Source: Thelocarpon superellum | Taxonomy: Eukaryota | Reading direction: 5' to 3' | Assembly: GCA_026025795.1 (NCBI GenBank) | Contig: JAPEUG010000182.1 | Coordinates: 1-32,709 of the forward strand | DNA length: 32,709 nt | Part shown: piece by piece, positions 21,346-32,709 of the stretch | Numbering within the stretch: position 1 is the first letter of the stretch | How the letters are laid out: each line of letters starts with the position of its first letter | Position numbers and translations under genes: made by a program | Notes under the pieces: model-generated | Told to the model about the DNA's origin: nothing | What the model saw: only the letters and a program-made list of their open reading frames with translations | Database searches by the model: none

Positions 21346-23426
21346 ATGCACGTAGTTGAGGGCGTAACCCCTCGTCCCTCAAGTCAGAGCGAGAGCTCAC
21401 ACGTTCATGGCGCATTCAACAAGAACATGACTTCCACCGTGCTCGAGACCATGGAGAAGGACGCAGTGGGCCACGGAGATGACTCGTCGACCCCGTCCCT
21501 GAACGGACTGTCGCTGACGGAATACTCGTCCAACTCCTCCGCATCAGAAAAAGGGCGACATCGGGCTCAGTCGTTGGTGCCAGCGGCATATCTGCTGCCC
21601 AACGGCACGCCGGATGTATGTCTTTCATGCATTGCTCCCCTCTGCCATGGTGTCAATCTGTCCTGTCTGACCCGTCCCAGTATCTGCGGCTCATCCTCAC
21701 CGCACGCGTCTATGAAGTGCTGCAGGAAACGCCGTTGACTCCCGCGATCAACCTGAGTAAACGACTGGGATGCAAGGTGCTCTTGAAACGCGAAGATCTG
21801 CAGCCGGTGTTCAGCTTCAAGCTGCGGGGAGCGTATAACAAGATGGCCCATTTGGATCCCAAGGAGCGGTGGAAGGGCGTGGTCGCGTGCTCTGCGGGTG
21901 GGTACACGGTTCTCGAAGGTGGAGATCGGCCGTTGCTCATGTTCGTCGATGTGTCAGGGAACCACGCACAAGGGGTGGCATATTCAGCACGACAGCTCCG
22001 CATCCCCGCCACCATCGTCATGCCCGAGGGCACCCCGAGCATCAAGCACCTGAACGTGGCACGGCTGGGCGGATCGGTGGTGCTCCACGGGGCCGATTTC
22101 GACGCGGCCAAGGAAGAGGCACATCGACTGGAGAAGCAGCACGGCCTGACGAACATTGCGCCCTTCGACGACCCCTACGTGATCGCCGGCCAAGGGACGA
22201 TCGGGATGGAGCTGCTACGGCAGACGAACCTACAAGAGCTCGACGCCGTCTTCTGCTGCGTCGGCGGCGGCGGGCTCATCGCCGGCATCGGCGTGTACAT
22301 CAAGCGGATCGCACCACGCGTGAAGATCATCGGGGTCGAGGCGTCCGACGCCAATGCCATGGTGCAGAGTCTACGGGCGGGCGAGCGCGTGGCGCTGAAA
22401 GAAGTCGGACTGTTCGCGGACGGGGCGGCAGTCAAGACGGTGGGCGAAGAAACCTTCCGCCTATGCAAGGAAGTCGTGGACGAGATTGTGCAAGTCAGCA
22501 CGGACGAGATCTGCGCCGCGATCAAGGACGTCTTTGAAGACACGCGATCGATCCTCGAGCCAGCCGGGGCGCTTGCTCTCGCGGGGCTGAAGAAATGGGT
22601 GGCGGTGAACCCGGCAGCGGACGACGCGGACGACGACAACGACCCAACGTCCGCTCCTCGAAAAGCCACCGACCGTGCCCTGGTGGCGCTCGCGTCCGGC
22701 GCAAATATGAACTTTGACCGGCTCCGCTTCGTCGCGGAGCGCGCGGCCCTCGGCGAACACAGGGAGGCGCTGCTCAGCGTGACGATTCCCGAGCGGCCGG
22801 GCGCCTTTGCCGAACTCATCAACGTCGTGCTGCCGAACGCCGTCACGGAATTCAGCTACCGGGTGCGGTATTCGCCTCCGAATCCTCACCTCAGGACCCA
22901 AGAGTCCCCAGAGCAAGAATCCCAAGGAGCAGCGAGAGAGGAAGGAGAAGGGGGAGGAGAAGGGGGAGGAGAAGGGGGAGGAGCAAGGGGAGGAAAAGAT
23001 AAAGCCCATATCCTAATGGGAGTCACGCTACCCCTACCATCCCGACAAACGTCACTCAGCTCTCTCATATCTCGACTCTCGGCGGCGGGGATGCCCTGCG
23101 CCGACCTATCCGAGAACGAGCTGGCCAAGACGCATATCCGCTACCTCGTCGGCGGGCGGAGCAGCGTGCCTCACGAACGAGTATACATGTTCGAGTTCCC
23201 GGAGCGGCCCGGGGCACTGGCGCGCTTCCTGACGACGTTGAAGCCCGGGTTCAACATCACACTGTTCCATTATCGCAACACGGGCGGCGACACCGCTCAT
23301 GTCCTTGCGGGCATCGTGTGTGCGGACGAAAGAGTGAAGGAGTTGGAGGATTATCTGAAGCGGCTGGGGTATCCCTTTGTGGATCAGTCGGCCAATCTCG
23401 CTTTTCAAGGCTACATGCGTGAGTGA
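21346..23426 (+). CDS. ILV1: Biosynthetic threonine dehydratase; introns 21616-21680 and 21898-21957; start ATG at 21346 or 21427
   Basis: [38 protein letters not shown] (PLP lysine), CSAG|NHAQG, VGGGGL and [13 protein letters not shown], plus two ACT-like repeats ([16 protein letters not shown]). Confidence 0.97.
22944..22984 (+). repeat. 12-bp purine tandem repeat (ggagaaggggga) x3 encoding GEGG repeats inside ILV1
   Basis: ggagaagggggaggagaagggggaggagaagggggaggagc is directly visible. Confidence 0.8.
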
Positions 23427-23992
23427 GTTGGACCGGTCATAGATCAGGATGGGAATCGGACAGGATGGGAATAGAAGGAATGAAAGGGAACGAAAGGGAG
23501 CGAAGGGGAATAGATGACAGATTTGGACTGACGGATAGATGAGATGGATTTTTACACGCTCGTCTTCTCCTCTCCTCTCTTCTCCCCTCTACCAAGATGG
23601 ATTGGATCGGACCGGATCGCATGGCTGCGGTGTATATACATGATCGGTCCCGTCCATCCGTTCATCCATCTCATAAACCCAAGATATGCACTTCGTTGCT
23701 TGATTCCTTTTCGGCGCCCCTCCATTCATCCACCAGTCCTTCCGTCCGTCAAAACGCGCCGTAACCATGCCATGCCTTGCCATACCATATCCTCCTGTCC
23801 ATGCCGTGTTCCTCTCCGAAGAGTATGTTGCAGTTGTCATGGCGGCGTTGGGTGTATGCGTCAAGGAACGTGAAGAAAGGAACGTGTCAATACCATCAAG
23901 GTCGCGGGAGAATGGATATGATGTGATTGATAGACCAGCCATCAACCATGGCCATCAAAAAAGGCACATAGGGACATCGGAACGTAACGTCA

Positions 23993-25219
23993 TCACCAGT
24001 CGGGTGGTTCGCCTTGCGGACGTTTCTCGTCTCTCCATTCTTCCTTCGGGACGGTCTCCGCCTTCGTTCCCGGCGGCGGGATATCCTTCGGCTTTGATTC
24101 CGCCGTGGGCTTTCGTGCTGGGACCGTGCGTGTCCCCATCGTCTTGATCGGACTAGGCATGGTGATGGGACTGGGCCCGCTGATGGATCCCTTGCGCAGG
24201 CCTCTGGATCCCATCTTGGAATCCACCGACGCATTTCGTGAGTTGGAACTGATGCTGCTGACGGGACTGGCGGGCTCGCCTCGGGCTTTGGCGCTGGCTG
24301 ACGACGTCTTTCGCTCCCATTGTAGGGGCAGCGGCGGCAAGGGTTCGGGATCAAAGGACCAGTCACCCTCGAGCTCGGCAAACGGTCCCTCGGGCTCTGC
24401 ATGTCCTCGCGCCCCTTCCAACTCTCCCACCGTCGCGCTGTCGAGTAAATGAGCCGGTGGCGGCATGGACTGGGCCGAGTGGCCGGATTGGTTGGAATAG
24501 CTCCGTTGCGGTAGCACGATGCCAATAGCTGGACCGCGACTCCGAATGGACCGCGCGTCCGATTCTACCGACCCACTCATCGTCCGCTTATGATACGTAT
24601 AGATGGGTGGCGGCGGTGGCGGATACTTTCGTCGGCGCCAATATCGCATCAAGATGTACGTGTACACGGCCGCGACGACAAAGACCACGGGAATGCCCAG
24701 GCCCAGGCCCAGCTTGGCACCGAGACTGCTGAGCGGATTGGTCGTCGTGCTGCTGCGGACGCTCGGCGTCGACGAGACCGCGGATGCGACGGCCGGCAGA
24801 TTGGTTGCCGCGGTCGCAGCCGTGCTCACGGCCGATGTGGCAGCCGCGCTGGCCGTCGGGGACGCCGGGAAGATGTTGAAGGCGGGGCTGAGGGTAAAGT
24901 CGGCCCGGTCATCGCTGCAGCCGAGCTTGAGCTTGAAGTGTGGTTGCGTGCAGTCGATCCACGTCGGCAGATGCCAGGTGTATGTCTGTATCGACGCCGT
25001 CGCATTTTCTAGGACCCATCAGCGTTGCACAAGCACCAACCTCCCGGGTAGGTGGTCCATACCAACTAAGCTGACGTCGTTCCCGTTGGATGACTGGGGA
25101 TTATATAGTCGGAGATCATAGTTGCAGGTATTGGCAAAGGTCCATGATAACGTCACTACATCCCCCAAGATGTACGTGTCCGTAAAGTCGGGGCTGTGTG
25201 GAACGAAGAAGCTCGTCAT
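23993..25219 (-). CDS. Single-pass membrane protein with N-terminal beta-rich domain, Ser/Thr/Ala stalk, TM helix and long cytoplasmic tail (Mid2/Wsc-like architecture); exons 25219-25063 and 25008-23993
   Basis: MTSFFVPHSPDFTDTYILGDVVTLSWTF...NYDLRLY...SLV|ENATASIQTYTWHLP...FKLKL...LSPAFNI resembles the Kre9/Knh1-N-type Ser-Thr-rich GPI family domain. It is followed by LSSLGAKLGLGLGIPVVFVVAAVYTYILMRYWRRRK and GELEG/AELEG motifs. The start is uncertain. Confidence 0.75.
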
Positions 25220-26126
25220 GGTGACGACGGCGAGGCGGCTTCGCACTCAGACGGAAGAGACGGCCAGCATGACGCTGGGGAGGAAGGGTGAGGATGAAGA
25301 TGAAGATGGAGAGATGGATGAGAGACGTGCAAAGAGCGGAGAAGCGACCGCCGGCCCGTGGGGCCCATGGGGCGGCCGCGACCACGAGGGTGACAGCCAT
25401 GGAGGCGCCGATGGACGGTAACGTGGATGCATTGAGAGCTGAAACGACGTCTGGGCGCTGCGTGGTGCATTGACAAGCTGGCACGGGAGCTGCTCAGGGT
25501 GGCGTTGGATGGAGCTTGTCAGGTTTCAGATGGCTTGCTGAGGTGCCAGCATGCACCGATGACGCCTAGATGATCGGCCCTGCCACTGTCCTCTGGGAAA
25601 ATTGCCACCCACCAACACGAGTCGGGACGAGCCAGACGCGCCCGGAGGAGTAGGTCGGTGGACGGGATCGCCGTTGTTCTAGAATGCATTGCCATGCATG
25701 AGCTCGACCGGGGGGTGAGGGAGGCTCGGAGCCTTGAAGGAATGCCGAGGGGACCGACCCACGGCGATATCGCTTCTGATAGGCTTCCGCGCTCGAACCC
25801 TTCCCTCCTCCGCTGTGCTCAGCCGGAGCAGGGAGGGGAGGGACCAAGCAGAGGTTGAGCTACAGAGTGCCAGCAGGCCTCGTGCATGGCTATGCGCGTC
25901 CATCTACCGGGTGCATGGACGTCAACCCGCTTCCGGTGAGGCATCTTCTGTGCGAGTCTTGTTCAAGCTGCGCCGAATCAGTTGAATCTGGCGAAGGATA
26001 GCACCAAGTCCTGCACACACCTACACCCTTCACACAGGACGGCGCAGAGTATGACATGAGGAAGCTCGGGCCGTGGCAAACATCGGCTTTGTCTACGTGG
26101 CACCTGCCATCCGGATGGCCGGGTCT

Positions 26127-27799
26127 TCATGCGCCTTCTAAGACTTCTAAGAAGCCCCCAACGAGATGGAGACTGCCCGTGACCAAGACCATGGCCGTGT
26201 CCTGGGATGCGTCCGGTGCTATGGCACGCACGGCCTCGACGGCATCTTGGATGGTCCGCACCACCCGGATCTCGGCCTTGGCCCCGTCATCACTGGTTCC
26301 GCGGGCATCCTCGAGGACCGCCCACGTCACCGCCAGCTGTTTCTGCACCCGCAGCTCATCGACTTCCGCTTGGCTCGTGTTGATCGAGACAAGGTCGGCG
26401 GAATACCCGCCCTCACGCCAAGTGACATTGGAACAGAAGATGACGTGCGTGAATGGTCTCGTGGTGCCCAGCGTTTCGGCCAAGGTTTGATACAAAGCTG
26501 TCGCCAGCGCGTCCGCGTCACGCGTCTGCTGGTTAAAGATCAAGGCGCGGATCGTGGCGCGCGCAGCCCCGGGGGCGGGAGCGGGGGCCGGGATGGGGCC
26601 GAGGACAGGCGTGGCTGAGACCTGTGCCGCAAACCACTCGCCGGCCACACGGATGCTGTCCATGGTGTGTCCACCGTCAATGCACCATGCGATACCGCTC
26701 TCGCGCCGCGTCTCGCACCGCCCACTCCATCGCGCCTGCTCCAAGCCGCGGCGAAATGCCGACGGGAGCGGCGACGCCCCAACGTCCGTCGGGATATCCG
26801 TATGGCCCACGGCCCGAAGATGTGCCGCCGCCACGGCCACGGCGAGACTGGCATTGGTCTTTTGAAAGTCAGCGCCGAGTCCGAGCGTGATGTGTTCCAG
26901 GTCGGCGTGCCGTTGCACCACCTCGAGGTGCACCCCTTTCTCCGCCGCCCGCTCGCGCAACACGCGCAGGGCCGCCTCGGGCTGGGGCACGGTGAAGGCG
27001 AGGCTGCCACGCTTCATGATGCCGGCCTTGTGCCATGCAATCTCCTCGATGGTCTGGCCCAGCATGGCCACATGATCGATGCCCAACGTCGTGATGCCCG
27101 TCACCGTCGGATGGCGGAGGACATTGGTACAGTCGTACTCTCCCCCGATACCCGCCTCAATCACCGCCGTATCAATCCCTTCCTGCACGTAGGCATGGAG
27201 GGCCATCAGGGTGAGAAAGCGAAAGTAGACTGGCTTGGCCGTGGCATCCGCGGGCCGGCCCTCAGCCTGGGCCGCGGCTTCCAGACGGTCCCAGGTCTCG
27301 AAGAAATACTGGGCAAAGAGCTCGGGTGGTAGCGGGGCATCGTTGATCTGGATCCGTTCACGCACGAAGCGGAGATGTGGCGACGTGTAGAGGCCGGTGG
27401 TGGTTGGGGACAACCGGCCGCCGGGCGGCGTCCGATATTGCGACAAGATGGAGGCCACGAAGGCGCTAGTCGAGCCTTTGCCCTTGGTCCCGGCGATGTG
27501 GATGGGGTTCAGTCGATCAAAGTCGGCCGGCTGGCGGCATCACATCAGCACCTGGTCAGGTTGGTGAGGCGCCGGAAGGGGGGGTCCCTGGCCCACCTCG
27601 TACCCTATGCGACGACACCACTCGATCATCTCGGGAATGGACGCCTTGTTCAAGACCCGACCCGTCTTACGAATGGCGTCGACGACGCTGAAGTTGGACT
27701 GAAGCGTGTTCAACGCGGCCACGGCGTCCTGGATCGCGGGTCAGCCCAGCGGGCTCGGAGGCCTGACGGTCCCTCACTCACCTCATATCCTCGCGCCAT
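26127..27799 (-). CDS. MET7: Folylpolyglutamate synthase; 3 exons; possible upstream in-frame ATG at 27889
   Basis: MARGYE|DAVAALNTLQSN...WCRRIGYE|PADFDRLNPIHIAGTKGKGST, GLYTSPHL..VRERI, EAGIGGEYDCTN, IAWHKAGI, DGGHT and VLVTGSLHLVGG. Confidence 0.95.
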
Positions 27800-28149
27800 G
27801 TTGGGCGACGCGTGATGCACAACGCGGGATCCCATCCCTTTACCGGCGCCTCTCACTCTCAGGGGGCAGCAGGCAAGGACACGATGCATCAATTGACGAT
27901 CGACGCATGGCCGTCGACGCCTGGTCTGATGGCGTGACAGAGTGCCAGGTGCAACGGGTGACAGTCAAGTGCGGTATTACGAAAACGTTGGTGTACACCT
28001 GGAGGGGAGTCACCCCGCCCTCTCGCTACGAGGTAGTTACAGGCACTCTCTACGAATCCTTCTCTCTAGCTACCCACGGCCGATGCGGAGCATTACAAAC
28101 GTCCACCATGCTCATCACCATGCCACATGCGTAGCGTGTACCCTCCGAG

Positions 28150-30322
28150 TTACTCGATGCGTTTCTTGCCCTCCTCGAGATGACTGAGGCGGACGTTGCT
28201 GGCGCCACGCTCGTGCCGACCGACGACCAGCGGGCCTACGACCTTGTCTTGGCGCACCTTGTTCATGGCCTCGTTGTACCCTTCCAGCGCCCATGGCGGG
28301 GTGTTGAGCTTGGGCCAGTTGACCTAACGCGGCGTCAGTCATGGATCACCGGCTCCGGGGAGGAGGACGCACGTAGAGCATGCCGTGCCCGTAGATGAAA
28401 TGGAGCGACCACCCGCCCACGGCCATCCACACGAGCACGAACAGGCGCAAGGGAAGAACGGCACCGTCGGGCAGACGTGGCGTGAGCAGGGCCACGAGCA
28501 CCATGAAGACGCTGGCCGCCAGCAGATAGGGGATCGACTGGACCAGGAGGGGTCGGCGGTCAACGAACAGACGCGTGCCACCGATGTTGGAGGTCGCGGG
28601 CAGATAGGCGCCCAGGAACAGATCAAAGCCATCTTGACGGGGACCGTCGGCAAAGTTGTTGCGCACGTAGCGCGTCAGCGAGTTCTGCGCATCCTGCACC
28701 ATGCCGCGGCGCGTGCGTTCGCCCGTGCGGGTGAAATCGGTCTTGAGCGCGCCGGTGCCGGAGTAAGACTTGGACACGACGTCGGCATTGTCCGCCCACA
28801 CGTTCCGGAAGAGCTTCTCAAAGGCGGCGTCATCGCTGACGGCGCTCTGCGGGGCCAGCAGGCCGACGTCGCGCAGCATGCGGTCGAGGGTCCAGCGGGC
28901 GAGCATGCTCTGCACCAGGTTGGTGCGGTCGAGGCAGTCCATGCAGTTGGTGCGCACCACGCCGGTCTGCTCGTTGCGCACCTCGAGCTGGCCTGATGCG
29001 TCGCCGGGCATGTCCACGCCACGAAAGTATTGCTGCCGCAGCAAGGACTCGTGCAGCTGGTCCAGGAGGCGCTGAGCACGGTGCCACTGCAGGCCCTTGG
29101 TCTCATTGTGAAAGTCAAAGTAGACGTAACGGAGCCGATCGACCCCCGTCCCGCCACGGCGGGATGCGATCGAATGCACGGACTCGGGGCTGGTCTGGTC
29201 GCCCTGCCGATGTTCGACGGGGTCGGCGACGAGCGAGCGCACAATCTGCTCGTAGGCCTGCTTGACCTGTGCCTCGCGGCCCTGTTGGTTGACGAGGTTG
29301 ACGAGGAGGTTGTCGCCGTAGATTCGGATCTGCTCAGCAAAGTGGTCGCGAGCCGCACCCAGAGCGGTCTCGACGCCGCGGATCTGCAGCTTGGGGGTGT
29401 AGTGTAGGTTGCTAACCTCCGCCCAATATGCCGGTACGCTCCCGCGCGTCTGGACGTAGGACAGCACCTGTGTCTCGGCGCCGATGCGGCCGCCGACCTG
29501 GCCGCCGGCTACACCGGCGCCACCGGCGAAGCCCTCCTGTCCGCCAGGGGCGTCGTGCAGGATGACAGTCTGCTCCGTTTCGTTGAAGTTGGAGACGTGT
29601 CCCTTCTCGTCGATCCCGCGCGAGAAGTATCGGGTGCCCGCACGGAAACGAGAGCGCCGGGAGATGAGGATGAAGGTCAGGGACGTGCCCTTGATGCTTG
29701 TCGGCACGATCCGTAGCATGCCAAAGACGATGGGGAGGATGTAGGGGTCTACGCCCGGTTGTTGGCCGCCATCGGGCCGCAAGGCAGCGCCATCGCCGCC
29801 GCCCGTGCGGAAGTCGATGAGGTCCGTCTGGACGAAGCGGTTCCAGAAGAAACGATCGTCCGCCCGTCTCCACAGCGGCACGCGGACATCGGTCTGCGCC
29901 TGGCGCTGGAAGGCGTTGGTGAGGTCAAAGGTGTAGGAGAAGTGCATGGGGCCGGTCTTGAGCAGGTCTTTCAACAGGCCGAGGTACACGTCTTCGTCCG
30001 GGTCATGGAGCGGACGTTCGCGGAGGGGCAGGAGCTCTGTTGCGACGACGCGGTAGATCATGTGTCCCTTCAATCGGCCCACGGGCTGTGCCTTGGTGAT
30101 GACGATGAGGTACTTGTCCAAGCGGAGCTTGATCATGCCCAGGATGCCGGCGATGCTGGACACACGCTTGGCCCCGAGCAGCGAGCCGTCATTGAGACGG
30201 AGATCGCCCGCGGGGCGCGAGACGACCAGCGTGGGCGCCAAGGGGGCCGAGGGCGAAGTGAAGGCATAGTGCGAGGCCGAGGCGTGCACGTTGATATCGC
30301 GGAACGGGAGCAAGGCGGCCAT
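28150..30322 (-). CDS. SAC1: Sac1 phosphoinositide (PI4P) phosphatase; exons 30322-28373 and 28323-28150
   Basis: DDRFFWN, ISRRSRFRAGTRYFSRGID..GHVSNFNETEQ, QTRGSVP and catalytic RTNCMDCLDRTN. Also WADNAD..SKSYSGTGALKTDFTRTG, two C-terminal TM helices and MLY|VNWPKL. Confidence 0.97.
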
Positions 30323-31050
30323 GACGGGAGCGGCGCGCGAGGCCGTGGCAGGAGACGGTCACGCGAAATTGAGGCCTACGTGCTGCAGTCCATCTTGTTG
30401 GCGGGAGTGAAGATGGCCGACCCCAACGATCCTGGCAATCAGACGGGCGCGACGAGAAGGTCAACGTCAAGGCGTTCCGTGGCGATGGTCGAACCGTGGA
30501 ATTGTCTGGATCACTCCTGACTACGCCGGCTTCGGTGTCGCAGCTGGCACGAAATGAGGATCGAACAGCTCGTAGCACGAGCAGCACGGGAAACTCCGTG
30601 GTTAGTGCATAGCTGTCGGAGTGGCAGGGAGCACCCCGTTCACGTCGTCCGGACGGCGGTGACGTCCAGCACGGCTGACGTAAGTGTGGCTCACTGTCTC
30701 GCAGTCTGGTGGTTCCGCGGCGGCTTGGCTCACGACTCGGTAGGCTCCATCCACCTTGCCACAAGCGGATTGGCTCGTGATTAGGTCAAGGAGGGCTGGG
30801 GTGACGAAGGCCGACAGACGGAGACTCTACCATCTCCGTCCGGGCTCAGCTGTTGCGACGACCTGCTCACCTACCCACTGCATCCATCGCTCTGACGATA
30901 TCCCCCTGAAGAGGCCGTCCTCTGCCGACCACCGTGCCACGATCCTCTGTCTTCTTGATCCCCCGCCGACCCTGCGCCGCGAGGGACATTGACCCGTGCT
31001 GCCGGAGGGTGAGTGCCGTTATCATCCGCTCCGGGCTCGCAGGCGCCAGG

Positions 31051-31964
31051 ATGGCCTCCCGCGTGTCGACCGGCGCTCGACCAGTAGGGTCACGATTTGC
31101 TCAGTTCAAGCTGGTCCTTCTAGGTAGATATCGCCCTCGCTCGCCGGACCACGGCCCTAGTCTTTGATCACGTAGCTAATGCGCCCCCTTAGGCGAGTCC
31201 GCGGTGGGAAAGGTGTGACGCAGTGTTGTTCCCCTTGGCCTCCGCATCACTGACCGCCATTGTACAGAGCTCATTGGTACTCCGATTCGTCAAAGTGCGT
31301 GTGCCCCCCCTGTGGTCCACGGGTCTGAGCTTGGCTGAGGCGTGTGGCGACAGGATCAATTCGATGATTACCGAGAGTCGACCATCGGCGCTGCCTTCCT
31401 CACCCAGACGATCGCCCTAGATGACACGACGACGGTGAAGTTTGAGATTTGGGATACGGCGGGACAAGAGCGATACAAGTCCCTGGCGCCCATGTACTAC
31501 CGCAACGCCAACTGTGCGGTGGTGGTGTACGACATCACGCAGGCCGTACGTCCCTTCCCCGCAGGCGCGTGGCCGCGTGGCCCGGTGGCGCTTTCGCTGA
31601 CGGAGGGTCTGGACAGTCGTCGCTGGACAAGGCCAAGGCCTGGGTGAAGGAGCTGCAACGACAGGCGAACGAGAACATCGTCATCGCCCTGGCTGGCAAC
31701 AAGCTTGATCTTGTTACCGAGCACCCGGACAAGCGCGCCATCACCACGGTGGACGCCGAGGCCTACGCCAAGGAAGCCGGCTTGCTCTTCTTTGAGACGT
31801 CCGCCAAGACGGCGGAGAACGTGCGGGAGCTGTTCACGGCGATCGCGCTGAAACTACCACTCGATCAAGCCGGCCCCCGCAACATCCGGTCGGGCACACG
31901 CGAGGGCGTTGATCTCCGACCCGAGGCGCCGGGGACGCAAGCCGCTGGTCCTTGTAGCTGCTAG
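31051..31964 (+). CDS. YPT52: Rab5-family GTPase (Ypt52/RabB type); exons 31051-31123, 31193-31212, 31268-31294, 31354-31545, 31617-31964
   Basis: [41 protein letters not shown]...[20 protein letters not shown]...GNKLDL...ETSAK, with C-terminal CSC prenylation motif. Confidence 0.93.
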
Positions 31965-32709
31965 GGGAGCGAATGGGCCGTGTGATCATGGGGGGAGGAG
32001 CGGGAGGTGACGAACGCCCGTGAGGCTGAGGAGGAGCATCAGGGGGAGAATATTGGTTTGTGGCCGATGTCAAGATGGAGGCGGAGCCAAGAGAAGGTTG
32101 GCGCTGCACCGGCTCCGGAGCCTCTTGACCCTTCGGCCACTTCTGGTCAGGCTACGTAGGGTGGCCTGGTGTGGTCTGGTGTACTTTCGGCAGGTTGCGG
32201 GACCCTTCGCCCCCAGCCCTGTCCCTGTGTGATTTGACGTAACTATCCTACTTGCCTAGAATAATCTGGTTGCCGGGAGCCGTCCCAGAGGAAGATATCT
32301 TATGGGACGTGCGAAGGATATACGAGGACGATTAGAGCCGGGCGAGCCGGGCGAGTAGAGTAAGGCCGGTGGAGGTGGCTGGAGGAGAAAGTAATTGGGG
32401 TGGAACGACGGTGCAGCTGAAGTCTGGCGGCGCGATGCGGACAGTCGAGTCATTTGACCTTCCAGGAGTTCCGTTCTAAGGACGTTACAGTTAGGTGAGG
32501 TGGTGAGGCTCCAGCAGCCGAGAGCCCCGAGAGAAGCGATCGGTGGTAGACCCGCGAGTAACTTGGCCTGGCCTTACCTGACGTTCCACCCTTAGCTGTC
32601 GGCACTGTTCGGCCGTTGCCGGTGCAAAGCATAGGGTAACATAGTGCAGCGTTGGATCTACTTCGCCAGACCTCCAAAACCAGCCACTCGCTCATCGTCA
32701 ACAAATCTC

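Noticed and set aside
23427..23990. Low-complexity purine/pyrimidine-skewed and (gatg/catc)-rich tract
   Set aside because: Looks like ordinary 3' UTR/terminator sequence between convergent genes, with no regular array or terminal repeats.
32658..32708. Possible C-terminus of a minus-strand gene entering from beyond the window (RFVDDERVAGFGGLAK*)
   Set aside because: Only 16 codons are visible, too little to support a call.
1..32709. TPP riboswitch, telomerase RNA template, CRISPR array, transposase/RT or secondary-metabolite cluster
   Set aside because: Searched by eye and found no diagnostic motifs. An Infernal/Rfam and repeat-library scan would be needed to exclude divergent ncRNAs or repeats.

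Overview
Compact, GC-rich, gene-dense eukaryotic DNA from a filamentous ascomycete (Pezizomycotina, inferred from the proteins and from short, mostly 45-70 nt GT-AG introns with CTRAC-type branch sites). No prokaryotic features, rRNA/tRNA, CRISPR arrays or recognisable transposons were found. Manual splicing gives 18 genes. Most are housekeeping genes: NMT1 (partial), an ABHD12-like hydrolase, SWC3, RTC5, mitochondrial bL36, NOP7, GAB1/PIG-U, NAT4, a LYRM2-like gene missed by the ORF track, RCF1, ILV1, MET7/FPGS, SAC1 and a Rab5/YPT52. Four uncharacterised genes are interspersed: a small secreted protein, a DUF6914-like protein, a 398-aa secreted protein with Cys-rich repeats, and a single-pass Ser/Thr-rich membrane protein. 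The most interesting items are the secreted protein with two homologous 6-Cys modules separated by basic processing sites, a Swc3 carrying a CX2CX20CX2C GATA-like finger, a DUF6914-like protein lacking both conserved His/Cys residues, an 8-nt micro-exon, a GC-AG intron and a likely dual-ATG FPGS. All family assignments come from recognised motifs, not database searches. I see no clear multi-gene novel system.
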